Part shown: piece by piece, positions 1 to 12,216 of the stretch
Layout of the letters: each line of letters starts with the position of its first letter
How positions within the stretch are numbered: position 1 is the stretch's first letter
Assembly: GCF_011386835.1 (NCBI RefSeq)
Contig: NC_088792.1
Coordinates: 153,078,001-153,142,000, forward strand
DNA length: 64,000 bases
Direction: 5' to 3'
DNA from: Chrysemys picta bellii
Lineage: Eukaryota
Notes under the pieces: model-generated
Databases searched by the model: none
Seen by the model: the letters and a program-made list of their open reading frames with translations, nothing else
Told to the model about the DNA's origin: nothing
Program-made: the position numbers and the translations under genes

Positions 1-1438
1 TACTGTGACCTACAGAGAACGATACTAGGCTTAAAATGAAGCAGGTGAAGGAAGATTGCTCTTGATTGCCTTCCTCTGCCACTCTGAGCACGTGACACTG
101 CAGCATTCAAACTCCATGCTGGATGTGTGCTTTTTTTTGTTTGTTTTTTGTTCCGGAGGAACAAAGAGGGAAATGTCTCTTTCCTGGTTGAAGATGGACC
201 AAGATGCTGCTGCATACTGGAGCAGAGACTTAACAGAAATGCCTCAACTTGGGAAATAAAATAGATTCCTATCTCTTTCCACACCCCAGTTTTTCCCTTC
301 TAAAATCGGGATTGAGGTACAGCTGGATTGTGAAGTCGCGCTTGGCAGGCTGACTTAGAAACCAAGTGGTGACAGATCATGCTATTATTGAACATCACAG
401 TCTTCTTAGTGGGTGTACATGTATATGTATCTCGCAGGAGTGACGCGGTCAGAAAGCGAAACTAGTTTTGTGTAACATTTTGAAGTTCTTATTTCAAAGG
501 CTTCAGAATTGACCCATCGTGTCTTCATTTTGTATCAAAAACGCTAGGGACTAGCATTACACCCTTCAACCTCCCTATGCAATTCCTTTCCCCTTTTGCT
601 GTTAAAACCTTTCAAATACTTTGTTACCCCACTCCCTTCTGTCCAGCCCTTCCTTGTTCCTTGGTTGAGCTGTGTACACTCCGGTAATGTTTAATAGTGT
701 TGGCTCCCACAGCTCTGGGATAGTTTTGTGTCATGCTGGCTATGTCCTGTATCCCCCTACTGTCTGAGCCACAGAAGATAGGAGCCAATCTCTGCTACCA
801 GCTAATGGATTGTTCCTTTAGCTCAAGTGCTGGGCTGTGGGTTTTGGTGTTGGAGGTTCTGGGTTCTATTCTCACTGGGGGTATTGGGATGGGGGCTTGA
901 AATGGTTACACAACAAGCCCAAATCAACTGAAGCATGTGGCTGGCTTGTGTTTTGGAAGAAATTTGTATCCTGAGCGGTGAAGAAACTATTACATCCAAG
1001 GTTTCTGTGGAAATCCCATTAAATCCATGGGGATCCATTCCCTGATAAACAGCTAGCACTCTCAGATATTCTGCTCCTTAATCCTGTCCTGCTACAACCT
1101 CTAACCCATCCATCCAGCCGACAAGACTTCTGGCCTCTCTAGTGTGAATTTTTTCTGCCCTGGTTGTGAACCATTATGCCTGGTTGTGGCGGCTGCTGTT
1201 TCTCTTTTAGTAGCACACGCTGAATCCGTCTTCCCTGCCAGAGCTCCAGCGCAGCTCAAAAGTGTTGTCACTTGTGATTATATCTAAATGGGACCCTAAT
1301 ACTGTAGGTCAGTGAGGCTCTTTCAGTTTTCCCCTGCTCCATTATGCTGCGTGAGGTCAGGGCCCTGATGTTCAGTAATTCTTCAAACCCTGCCATTGTT
1401 CGTGGATGAGTAGCTTGTACATCTGCTTCCCTTCCTAG

Positions 1439-1668
1439 AAGCAGGCCCCGATAAGGCAACAGCAAAAACCTCAAACGACACCGCCTTCAGCTGTCCAGGG
1501 GCAAAAGCTGGGCTCCCTCACCCCTCCGTCCTCCCCCAAGACGCAGCGCGTGGGACACAGGAGGATTCTGAGCGACGTGACGCACAGCGCAGTTTTTGGG
1601 GTCCCAGTCAGCAAATCTACCCAGCTCCTGCAGGCGGCTGCTGCTGAGGCCAGTCTCAACAAGTCCAA
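1439..1668 (+). CDS. AAK1: AAK1 internal exon ([16 protein letters not shown]...[51 protein letters not shown]), phase 0 to 2
   Basis: Pyrimidine tract + TAG acceptor at 1436-1438, donor AA|GTAGGT at 1669. Translation matches the remembered human AAK1 segment [30 protein letters not shown]. Confidence 0.95.
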
Positions 1669-1999
1669 GTAGGTGGCTGTTGATTTTATGATGGGTACGG
1701 AGGGAGGGGAGAAGCTGTTTGCCCTGGAATGCCCAGAAAGTGAGATTGAGTCAGCTTATCTGGGACCCCAGTTTGGTACTCCCCTCCCCCCCAGCATGCC
1801 TGAAAGCCTTCCCAAAGCCTGTTCCTTGCCCAGAGGATAAAAAAATTCCAACTGCTTCTGCTCTCTCGATGTGCCAAGCAAACTGGGCCCCCCACCCCCG
1901 GTGGACTACACGGTGGACAAGAAGGTTATCAGTAGCCCCTGGCTCTTGCTTTGCACGGAACCCCCAGCAATCCTTTGGCCGTTATTCTGAACATGGCAC

Positions 2000-2438
2000 T
2001 GTCACAGAGTGTGGGGGAGTCAGGGCCCTGCACCCCCCCGCCCCACTTCCTGTGATTCACCGTGACTCACAGCCAGCCAGTAACACCCAAGGTTTATTAG
2101 AGGACAGGAACACAGTCTCAAGCAGGGCTTGTAGATACAACCAGGACCCCTCAGCCAGGTCCCTCTGGGGGGCAAGGATCTTAGGCCCCAGACTTGGGGT
2201 TCCCTGCCTCTTCCCAGCCAGCCCCAAACTGAAACCAAATACCCCTCCAGCCGGCTCTCTCCCCCTCTCCCTTTGTCCAGCTTCCCAGGCAAAGGACTCG
2301 ACTCCCCACCCCCTTCCTGGCTCAGGTACCATCTCTCACCTAAAGTCATCCTCTGCTCTCCCATCCCCCATGCAGACAGCCCCAGTAAAACTAAACGACA
2401 TTCCCAGGTCAATCCACCCCACTCGCTACTGCGTCAGA
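2000..2438 (-). mobile_element. Solo LTR with 5-bp target-site duplication
   Basis: Starts TGTCAC, ends CGTCAGA (decayed CA); GGCAC on both flanks (1995-1999, 2439-2443); TTTATT gives AATAAA on the minus strand. Confidence 0.8.
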
Positions 2439-2586
2439 GGCACATGCAGCAATGCTTCCCCCAAAGAATCTGCTCTGTTTCATCCATACCATCAAACCTG
2501 TAAAATCAGGCGGCTGCCACATGTCCTGTTGGATACAGTCTTTTATTGCATGTTGCAATACGGCATTTCGACAGGGTTCCCTAAAG

Positions 2587-3083
2587 CAGCGGTTTGCGAA
2601 CGTCTTGAGCTGAGCGCCCCTCTCCCCCTTTTGAGTTAGGATTTTTGGTTGAGCCCCCCCAAACCCAGACAAAAATAGACGCATGCAAAAGTATACTTGA
2701 TAGCTTACTCGTAAACCTAACCGAGACCTTAACGCCGCTTTAATTTACCTAAACCTGGAAGTTTCAAGTACACAGATACTGACTGGCACAGCCAAGGTTG
2801 CTTCAGCAGCGGGCCAGGCTGCCCTGCTAGGGCAGGGCCAATTACTGCCCCTCCCCGCTCGGGTTTTCAGGGCGGGGGAAGGCACGTGCGACGGTCTCTG
2901 GGTGCGGAGGCTGTCGGGAGCGGAAATCCATCTGGCCGTGGCAGATGATGCTGGCCCGCTGAGGTGAGTTGGGGGGTGGAGGTGGCGCACGCTCCCCACC
3001 ATGTGGGGTTGGCACAAGCTTCCTGGCATTGCTGCTCGCTCTCCAAATGTTCTTCCGTGCCCCCCCACGGTTTGAAAACCTTG
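2587..3083. mobile_element. Probable decayed hAT-type DNA transposon
   Basis: Ends CAGCGGTTTGCGAAC and GTTTGAAAACCTTG resemble hAT TIRs; GC-rich interior; no clear TSD. Confidence 0.35.
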
Positions 3084-3498
3084 CTCCAGCTGCACAAAGG
3101 CCCTAATACGTGTCTATTTGTGTCCCCGGTGCGAGTAGTACACTAGGCACTACATTGACAGATCAGAAGAGCCCAGTCCCTGCATCCCTGAACTCTAAAT
3201 AGAACACTGTAAGTGCAACCCCTGGAGTACATGGGAGTGCTTGGCTCCCACCATTTTGTTTACTTTGTTATTTGCCCGTCTTCCCCAACTCCTCCGCCCT
3301 CACCACCAGCACCCGCGGTGCAGCTGTTGGTTTAATGCTCTGTTGTTCCCTCCCACCCCTTATTTTGTGGTCTCCTGGCTATTTCCATGATAGCAAATTA
3401 ATGCTGGTTCCTATGAAGGCTATCCAGGACCTGGCTGTGACTTGGGTTGAGGGACGTGCGTAGTGTGGGTTAAAAAGAAAAGCAACTTGTGCAAAAAG

Positions 3499-4125
3499 TT
3501 CATAGACGTTAAGGCCAGAAGGAACCATTATGATCAGCTGGTCTGACTTTCTCCATTGCAGGGAGTCACAGCGTTTAAGGCCAGAAGGGAGCACTAGGTC
3601 CTCTAGCTGATCTTCTGTATGTCTCAGGCCACCAATACCACTCAGCACCTCCTCACTAAACCCACCAATGGAAATGAGATTGCTAGGAGACTAAACTATT
3701 ATGTACCACAGACCGAGAATAGGAGGGATTAAGGTGCACCAGTGCTCCAGGCCCCTCAATGGCAGGAAAAGGATTAAATGAGATGTACCCAGATAATCCT
3801 GGCAAGTGACCCCCACCCAGATGCTGGAGAAGAAGTCAAGAGACCCCTAACATCACTGCCAATTTGACCTGGAGGGAAATTTCCTTCCGACCCCATACAT
3901 GATAATCAGTGTGACCCTGAGCATGTGAGCGAGAACCAGCCAGCTGACACCTGAGAGAGAGAGAGAGAATGTTCGGTGCCACCGCAGAGCCCAGGCCCAC
4001 CCCACCCAAAATCCCATCTCCAATCATGGCCATCCCTGATGCTGCAGAGGAAGGAGATAAAAATTTCCAGAATACATGGGGGGGAATCCCTTGCTTGACC
4101 GCTGCTGGTGGCTGGCTGAAGCAGG
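3499..4125 (-). mobile_element. CR1-type LINE 3' region, antisense (boundaries approximate)
   Basis: Begins TCATAGAC..AAGGCCAGAAGG, the reverse complement of a CR1 tail; the motif occurs twice; the same start recurs at ~63965. Confidence 0.6.
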
Positions 4126-4288
4126 TACTTTAATAACACAAGACACAAACTGGAAGTGAGCCCCAGAGCTGTTGAGCCCCACCCTTCACCATCTCAAGCA
4201 AGCCCTTCATCCAGTTGCACTCAGAAAATTTCCAGTTGACTTGCCTGGTTACTAATGTTCATGTTTCCATTGGGTGGGATGCTTCTAG

Positions 4289-4446
4289 GTCTGCATCCAC
4301 GACACCGTCTGGCTCCCCTAGAACCTCACAGCAGAATGTCTACAATCCACCGGACGTCTCCACGTGGAACCCGTTCGATGACGATAACTTCTCCAAACTC
4401 ACGGCGGAGGAGCTGCTGAACAAGGACTTTGCAAAACTGAGCGACG
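4289..4446 (+). CDS. AAK1: AAK1 exon with NPF motif ([52 protein letters not shown])
   Basis: TTCTAG|G acceptor, ACG|GTGAGT donor; [25 protein letters not shown] is the same as the remembered human AAK1 sequence; phases fit both neighbours. Confidence 0.97.
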
Positions 4447-4857
4447 GTGAGTTTACAGGAGCGCTTCGGTGTCAGCTAGCGACTGGCGTTGCTCCCTTCT
4501 GGACCTGGGAAAGCGGGAATGGCATAACGGTGGGGGGGATGACAGCAGCTAGAGGCTTCTGAAATGTCCCAGTTACAGAGAGTTCTTGTGAGCGCGAGAA
4601 CCCGCGGAACTAACCTGTTAACATTGTGCATCCAGTAGTTTTGTCTCTTACTTTAATTGGGCATGTGGCATACTGCACAAGCCCTCCAAGATGTAATGTT
4701 CGTCTGCAACCCCTGCTCACCTCTGCTAGTGCCTTCCTCTCAGTGAGGTCAGGGAGAACTCGAGTAAGGATGGTAGGCTTATCAGGGCCAGAGCCTATCA
4801 CGGTATATCCATTACATTGCTGCATACAGACCTGCAGCACGCAGATTAAGTTATATT

Positions 4858-5783
4858 GCTTCATTAATGATCTGGAGGATGGTGTGGACTGCACCCTCAG
4901 TAAGTTTGCAGATGGCACTAAACTGGGAGGAGTGGTAGATAGGCTGGAGGGCAGGGGTAGGATACAGAGGGACCTAGACGAATTAGAGGATTGGGCCAAA
5001 AGAAATCTGAGGTTCAACAAGGACAAGTGCAGAGTCCCGCACTTAGGACAGAAGAATCCCATGCACTGCTACAGACTAGGGACCGAATGGCTAGGCAGCA
5101 ATTCTGCAGAAAATAGGTGTTATAGTGGACGAGAAGCTGGATATCAGTCAGTAGTGTGCCCTTGTTGCCAAGAAGCCTAATGCCATTTTGGGCTGTATAA
5201 ATAGGGGCATTGCCAGCAGATCGAGGGACATGATCGTTCCCCTCTATTCGACATTGGTGAGGCCTCCTCTGGAGTACTGTGTCCAGTTTTGGGCCCCACA
5301 CTACAAGAAGGATGTGGAGAAATTGGAAAGAGTCCAGCCCAGCGGAGGGCAACAAAAATGATTAGAGGGCTGGAGCACATGACTTATGAGGAGAGGCTGA
5401 GGGAACTGGGATTGTTCATTCTGCAGAAGAGAAGAATGAGGGGGGATTTGATAGCAGCCTTCAACTACCTGAAAGGGGGTTCCAGAAAGGATAGATATAG
5501 ACTGTTATCAGTGGTAGCAGATGACAGAACAAGGACTAATGGTCTCAAGTTGCAGTGGGGGAGGTTTAGGTTGGATATTAGGAAAAACTTTTTCACTAGG
5601 AGGGTGGTGAATTACTGGAATGGGTTACCTAGGGAGGTGGTGGAATCTCCTTCCTTAGAGGTTTTTAAGGTCAGGCTTGACAAAGCCCTGGCTGGGGTGA
5701 TTTAGTTGGGGATTGGCCCTGCTTTGAGCATGGGGTTGGACTAGATGACCTCCTGAGGTGCCTTTCAACCCTGATATTCTATG
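4858..5783 (+). mobile_element. 5'-truncated CR1 LINE (RT C-terminus plus 3'UTR), frameshifted
   Basis: ORFs give [24 protein letters not shown] and [25 protein letters not shown]; tail CTGATATTCTATGA. Confidence 0.95.
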
Positions 5784-5922
5784 AATGATGGCTTGCAAGA
5801 AGTATGAGTAAAAATACTGTTCTGCCATGGTATTTTATAGGTGTTTAAATAGAGAAATGTAGATCAGCTTCAAAATGGGAGCAATCTACTGTCGAGTGTA
5901 ATCCGACATTCTGGAATTTCAG

Positions 5923-6039
5923 GTAAACCTCCAGAAAAGCTTGGCAGCTCCACAGAGAACTTGATTCCAGGCTTTCAGCCAGCTCCCTCTACAACACAGG
6001 CAGATGCTTTCGGTGGTTCTTCCTTTACAGCTGCATCAG
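5923..6039 (+). CDS. AAK1: AAK1 exon, 117 nt, phase 1-1 (GKPPEKLGSSTENLIPGFQPAPSTTQADAFGGSSFTAAS)
   Basis: TTTCAG| acceptor, CAG|GTAAGC donor; similar to human GKHPEKLGGSAESLIPGFQ. Confidence 0.92.
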
Positions 6040-6530
6040 GTAAGCACGTGAGCGTACCCTGAAAGAGCCTCCCTTTGAGATAATACAGGTGGTGGTGGCT
6101 TTTCTGCAGCCCTCTGGAGGCCCAGATCCATTTGACTGACCTTGTTTCTTCAGCCAGTCGCCTCTTTGGGCATCTCAGTAGCACATACAGGACAGGCATG
6201 AGACCTTAATTGAAAAAGGATGGCAGGAGGGACACATCTACTGAGAGATGCCCTGTAATGAAAGACCTCATCCTGGGAAACCTGTTTAGTTCATCTCAGT
6301 TGGCTAATGGATCCAGAATGAATGGACGAAGTTAAACACTGAATAAATCCCTTAAAGTCTATAGGAAAGTCAGAGCCTCTCCTTACTAACCATTATGCAT
6401 CATACAGTAGCTGTTCTGCACTGGAAGATGTAGTCTGGAATGGATGGGGCTAGGGGAACTTGTTAGTCAAAACTTGCCTGACTCCTTGAGATGTGCCAAG
6501 TGATTCCACTTCGAGTGGCTGTGATGAGAT

Positions 6531-7250
6531 ATAGAATCATAGAAATATAGGGATGGAAGGGACCTCCAGAGGTGATCTAGTCCGTCCCCTCCATGCTAAG
6601 GCAGCACTAAATCTACCTAGATCATCCCTGAGGGGTGTTTGCCTAACCCTGTCATTAAAAACCTCCAATGACTGAGATTGGAACAGGTTATCATGGGAGG
6701 TTGTGCAGTGCTTCCATATACACTACAGAAAGGATGTGGACCAATTGGAGAGAGTCCAGCAAAATTGATTAGGGGACTGAGGCACATGACTTATGAGGAG
6801 AGGCTGAGGGAACTGGGGTTATTTAGTCTGCAGAAGAGAAGAGTGAGGGAGGATTTGATAGCAACCTTCAACTATCTGAAGGGGGGTTCCAAAGAGGATG
6901 GAGCTCGACTGTTCTCAGTGGTGGCAGATGACAAAACAAGGAGCAATGGTCTCAAGTTGCAGTGGGGGAGGTCTAGGTTGGATATCAGGAAACATTATTT
7001 CACTAGGAGGTGGTGAAGCACTGGAATGGGTTCCCTAGGGAGGTGGTGGAATCTTTCTTTAGAGGTTTTTAAGGTCAGGCTTGACGAAGCCCTGGCTGGG
7101 ATGATTTAATTGGGGTTGGTCCTGCTTTGAGCAGGGAGTTGGACTAGATGACCTCCTGAGGTCTCTTCCAACCCTAATCTTCTGTGATACTTCTAGTTAG
7201 AAGAATTTCCTAATATCTAACCTAAATCTCCATTGCTGCAAATTGAAGGA
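6531..7250. mobile_element. Nested CR1s: older antisense copy (6531-6715 and 7190-7250) split by a younger sense fragment (~6719-7188)
   Basis: ATAGAATCATAGA is the reverse of the CR1 terminal repeat; the sense ORF gives [22 protein letters not shown]; antisense sequence resumes after 7188. Confidence 0.85.
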
Positions 7251-7349
7251 TAGCAAGGTTGCTTAAGGACACTATATAAACCTCGTGGTAGATGGAAAAA
7301 GTGGGAACTGATTGTACGAGCGTGGATTCCACAGATCAGCAATTCATTC

Positions 7350-7451
7350 GGACCTGATCCTGCAACTGCATCTGAGTGCATGGAGCCTGGTGTGGTGCAC
7401 CACTGGATTCTGCGCGGGTGCCCAAGTGGATGCTGTTGCAGGATCAGGGCC
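7350..7451. mobile_element. Small palindromic PIF/Harbinger-type MITE (similar copies ~25773-25870, 26764-26840, 42549-42610, 43205-43280)
   Basis: Inverted ends GGACCTGATCCTGCAAC / GTTGCAGGATCAGGGCC. Confidence 0.6.
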
Positions 7452-8910
7452 TCGTTAAAAATTTATTTCTCTTGCTCTCAAGTAAAACCCAACCCAGCTT
7501 CTTCAAGCTCAGAAATCTCTGGCTGGATGCTACTGCACATCTTGTCACTTTCTTCGGCTGCGGGGGCACCTGGAAAATCCCAGCACTCTGGAAAACACCC
7601 ACAGCCACCCGAAACAAAATGTCTGGGGCGGTGGGAGGGAGGCTCAAACGCCGAGCTAAACATTTGACCTTTTTACCATTTAAAAACTGGATTTGTTGGG
7701 ATAAAACTTCCACAGGGGTCAGCAAGCTTCAAGGCAAGTAGACAGTCTTTCTGCATCGTAAATTAGCTGTGGGCACGTGGAATGTGCTAATGAGAGCACC
7801 AGGTTATGGGGCTGGGTCAGATTTTAGATCACCCTAGAATCTTAATTACTCGGAAGGAAGAAAACAAAGAAATCAATTTTAAGATGATTTCTAAATAGAA
7901 GTGAGACTTAGAGAAGCTTATAATAGAGCTCAGTAGCTTTGCAGTGGCTTGTACCCACTAGCTAGAGAGCTGCGGAATAACTAGAAGACGCTTTAGTGAG
8001 TTAACTTCCTCTAGCCACTCGACACAATCTGGGTCAGACTTGCCTCTGGTGTCAATCAGTGTTGCTGCATCGACTTTAACGGAGAAATGCCAATTTATAC
8101 CAATTGAGGTGCTGGTCCTCTGTTTATTATTTAAATGCCCTAACACACATCCCGTAAGGCCGTGTCCTTCCAGGTACAAAGTGTCCTTAATTCGCCTTGG
8201 GCCAAAAGTTTCTAGACTTTTTCCCATGACACTGTAGCTTGCTCAGCTGTCTGAACACAGGTATGAGTGTAATATTCTCCTGCTTTGAAGGGTTGGGAGG
8301 TGTTGACTCAATGTCTTCGCTACATCATTGGAAATTCTTGGTTGAAAAGTGCTATAAACAAGCTTAGTATTAATATTACAAGAGGAAGCAGGGTCTTGAG
8401 GGTAAAGCACTGAACTGGGACTCAGGAGACCTTGGTTTAATTCCGAGCTTTGCCGCTGCGCAGATATTGGGTGACTTTCTTTCTTTACTTCATTTCCTCA
8501 ATCAGTACAATTTGGATGATCACTTCCCTTCTCCCAACTTTTGTCTTCTATCCATAGAATGTAAACTCTTCAGGGCAGAAACTCTCCACGCTTTCTATTT
8601 GTACAGCCCTGATCTGGGCTACTACAATAGAAATAAAGAATTGGCGTTGTTCTGTGGATCTCTTTGGCTTTTGCGCTCTAAGTTTCCTACCTCCATAGAC
8701 TCTTCCCTGCACTAAGATCTGTTTTGTTTTGGGCATGCCTCTCAGAAGTTTTGTTGGAAGTTTCCAATCCCGGTGGAAGCACCATCTCTTTTCCTTCTTT
8801 GCTCTTAAGTGAGTGCTAATGAGGGAGTGCTCGTGAATTGACTTGCGTTTCTCAGTGCATGAGAAGCATATGATGGCATAATAGTGTGAATTTGGGGCCA
8901 GGGCTGGGCG

Positions 8911-9095
8911 GGGAGCAGTCTGGTTCAGTGGTTTTGGCACTGGATTGGGGTTCAGCAGACCAGGGTTCTATTCCCAGCTCTGATGCTGGGTGACCTTGGA
9001 TAAGTCACTTCATCACTCTGTGCCTCAGTTTCCCCACCTGTAAAATGGGGATAATAGTACCTCCTTTGAAAAGCACTTTGAGATGTATAGATTTA
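8911..9095 (+). mobile_element. MIR/CORE-SINE
   Basis: CORE motif GTGACCTTGGATAAGTCACTT..CTCTGTGCCTCAGTTTCCCCACCTGTAAAATGGGGATAAT. Confidence 0.85.
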
Positions 9096-9277
9096 AAAGC
9101 ACAATGGATCTGCTCAGGATGGTCTTATTACTAACTTTTCCATAACAAAATAAGCATGTTTCCCCAGGCATGGTTTAAATCTTTTAAGATCTATCTGTGT
9201 CTCAGTGCTGCACCTTTTCTGCTTGACATTGTTTGCTTTTTCTTTCTCTCTCCTCTTGTTTCTTGTTGCCTGTCCAG

Positions 9278-9373
9278 CTGAAAAAACAAAAGACATCCTG
9301 AGTCTGGACACTAGCCCTCCGCTTCTAGCTGTGCCTGATCCTTTCATTCCTCTTCCGTTATCCGACACACCAG
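9278..9373 (+). CDS. AAK1: AAK1 exon, 96 nt, phase 1-1 (AEKTKDILSLDTSPPLLAVPDPFIPLPLSDTP), DPF motif
   Basis: Long pyrimidine tract + CAG, CAG|GTAACC donor; similar to human AEKRK...PLLSVSDPFIPLQVPDAP. Confidence 0.93.
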
Positions 9374-9678
9374 GTAACCAGAACAGAATGTGGAGTTTTA
9401 ATATCAATATTTGTCACTTTCCGGTTTGCGCCTTGGGAAACTTGAAAATTGGGGCCTATATCAAAAGCCTGCAGGATTTGAGTGACAAATGCTCCTCACC
9501 TTTTGGAAATGGGCCCTAGTAGGGGTGTGTAGGTGTGGGGGGATGGATATACATCCCCTAGCACAATGGAGTTCTCATTCCTGATTCAATCCTGGGGTGC
9601 TATTGAGATGATACTACTACTACTAATAATAATGGAATTTTTCTCTAACTTATTTCAAGGGTTCAGTTTATACAATAA

Positions 9679-12216
9679 CACTGCTCTACAGCCAAAATGC
9701 TTCTGAAATAAATGTAGTCAAACTTGACTAATTCTGGGTCACTGAGAATGAAAATGATGCTTAAAATTGTTGATTGGCTCTAGTTTTCAAGATATGCTAT
9801 TGGCTCAGTATATACGACCCTTGACTTGGGAATGGCGGAGGATAAGTGAGTTATAAAGGGAAGGGATCTCAATTTAAACCAGAAATGACTAAAATACATC
9901 TTTGACAGGATCTATGAATAAATCTATGACTGAGTTTGGACAGTACTTGCTTTTTAGGCAAAACAATGAATGATGCAATCTGAAGCTGGTATTGCGTCAT
10001 ACATGATATGAATTGCATCATGTTATTCCTAGAAGTCAAGGATGGGGCAATCATAACGAAGCTTACATCACTCTGCTGAACAAATTGCCCTATATCTGCT
10101 CTAGAAATCATACAGTGTCGTGCTCTCTTATTTGTCAGTGTTTGATTTTGCAAAGGGACACATTTCTGTTTAGCCAAAGTGAGCAGAGATGCCTCATACT
10201 TGTGTGAACAGTGCAGATAACTTCTGCTATGTTTGTGATGAAATGACTTTCGCATCCCAAAAGCGCAGTATAACCACTATGGTTAAGAAAGCCGATTACC
10301 TTTATTTTGACTGCAAAATTGGAGATCAGGACAAGAGGTGGGCCCCACACATATGCTGCAACACTTGTGCAACAAATCTTCGCCAGTGGTTGAACAGGAA
10401 AAGGAAATCTATGCCTTTTGCAGTGCCAATGATTTGGAGAGAGCCAACAGATCATACCAGCAATTGTTACTTCTGCATGGTGCCTCCAGTTGGGAAAGGT
10501 GTGTCAAAGAAGAAAAAGTGGACTGAGCATTATCCAAACATTCCATCCGCTATACGCCCAGTACCCCACGGAGAAGGACTGCCGGTTCCTGATGCACCAG
10601 AATCATTCTCACTTGAGTCAGACGAGGAAGAGGATGAAACTTCTGGTCCTGAACCATCAATGTCACAGGATCCACATTTTCTCCCATCCTCCTCCTCTGA
10701 ACCACACCTCATAGCACAAGGTGAACTGAATGACCTTGTCAGGGATTTGGAACTACCCAAGAGTAAGGCAGAGCTGTTGGGCTCCAGACTACAGCAGTGG
10801 AATCTCCTGGCAGGTGATGTTAGGGTTTCCCTGTTCCGTGACCGTCAAAAGGACCTTGTCCCATTCTTCTTCATGGAAGGTGAACTTGTAACCTGCAGCA
10901 ACATGGATGGTGTGATGGCAGCCCTCAACATCATTCACGATCCAGATGAGTGGATACTGTTCATTGATTCATCGATGATGAGTCTTAAAGCTGTTTTATT
11001 ACATAATGGCAATGTTTTGCCATCAATTCCAGTTAGTCATGCAGTCCATATGAAGGAAACCTATGACAACATGAAACAACTTTTGAGGTGCATAAACTAT
11101 GACCAACATCAGTGGCAGCTTTGTGGCGATTTGAAGGTTGTTGCTCTCTTGCTTGGTCTGCAGACTGGATACACAAAGTACTGCTGTTTTCTCTGCGAAT
11201 GGGATAGTCGTGTAAGAGATTTCCATTACATCAAGAAAGATTGGCCACTCCGACAGTCATTGGAGCCTGGGAGGGAAAAGTGTTCAGCATCCACCACTTG
11301 TTGAATCAAGGAAGATTTGGTTACCACCCTTAAACGTCAAGCTGGGTCTGAGGAAGAACTTTGTCAAGGCCATTGACAAAACACAAGCCGCTTTCAAGTA
11401 CCTCTGTGGAAAATTTCCAAGGTTAAGTGAAGCTAAGATAAAGGAAGGTGTCTTTGTTGGTCCTCAGATTCGTGAACTTCTTCGAGATGACCCATTTGAC
11501 CATGCACTGCGTGGCAAGGAAAAGACGGCATGGAAAGCCTTCCAGTTAGTGGCAATAAAATTTCTCGGAAACAGGGCAGACAACTACAGGTTGTTGGTGG
11601 AAAACCTCCTCAAGGCATACAAAAGCCTTGGTTGCAACATGTCACTAAAGATCCATTTTTTGCACTCTCATCTAGTTTTTTTCCACCAAACTGCGGAGCA
11701 GTGAGCGATGAGCATGGCGAGCGATTTCACCAGGACATAGCGTTTCTCCGTTGTTGCAATCAGGACAAATGGAGCCCATCAATGCTTGCAGCCTATTGCT
11801 GGACAGTGATATGAGATGCTCCATTTAATGAATACAAGAGACAAGCCAAGAAGTGCCGAGTAGACACTGAATAGGACTAAACTATGTACATAATAGTTTT
11901 CTGCCTTTTGTTTCAGAATACATTTTATTTATATAACCCTTTTGCTGATTTTTAAAGTGTTATGTAAACAGGACAGGTGAAATATTATTATGTAAAGCAA
12001 CCATAAACACAGGAAAAGACCTAGGTTTACAATTTATGATTAAAACTCTGTCTACACCATATACATAGACATAAAATGTAAACACTTAAATATCTTAGAA
12101 ACAGCAGCCAATCAGTTGTTTTAATTGTCATCTTTGAATTCAGCACATCAAAATACATAATAAATAGCACATTTTATCTCTGAAGCAGACGACTTCTCAA
12201 AAATTGTAGACCAGTG
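9679..12216 (+). mobile_element. Full-length Chapaev3-type (CMC superfamily) DNA transposon, 2538 bp
   Basis: TIRs CACTGCTCTACA / TGTAGACCAGTG (11/12), TAA duplicated on both flanks, imperfect subterminal inverted repeats (~9742-9795 vs ~12090-12143), transposase inside. Confidence 0.88.
10189..11874 (+). pseudogene. Chapaev-type transposase: first 371 codons open, then frameshifts (~11275, ~11570, ~11680) and a stop at 11812
   Basis: N-terminal Cys cluster (FCYVC, HICCNTC, CYFC); IDSS..SLKAVLLHNGN; LCGDLKV; shifted frames give LPPLNVKLGLRKNFVKA, GCNMSLKIHFLHSHL and GAVSDEHGERFHQDI. Confidence 0.88.

Noticed and set aside
1719-2639. 306-aa plus-strand ORF
   Set aside because: Spans the GC-rich solo LTR and flanks; Pro/Ser-rich with no homology.
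7767-7802. 36-nt in-frame AG..GT window (AVGTWNVLMRAP)
   Set aside because: No pyrimidine tract and a weak donor (GTTATG); likely chance.
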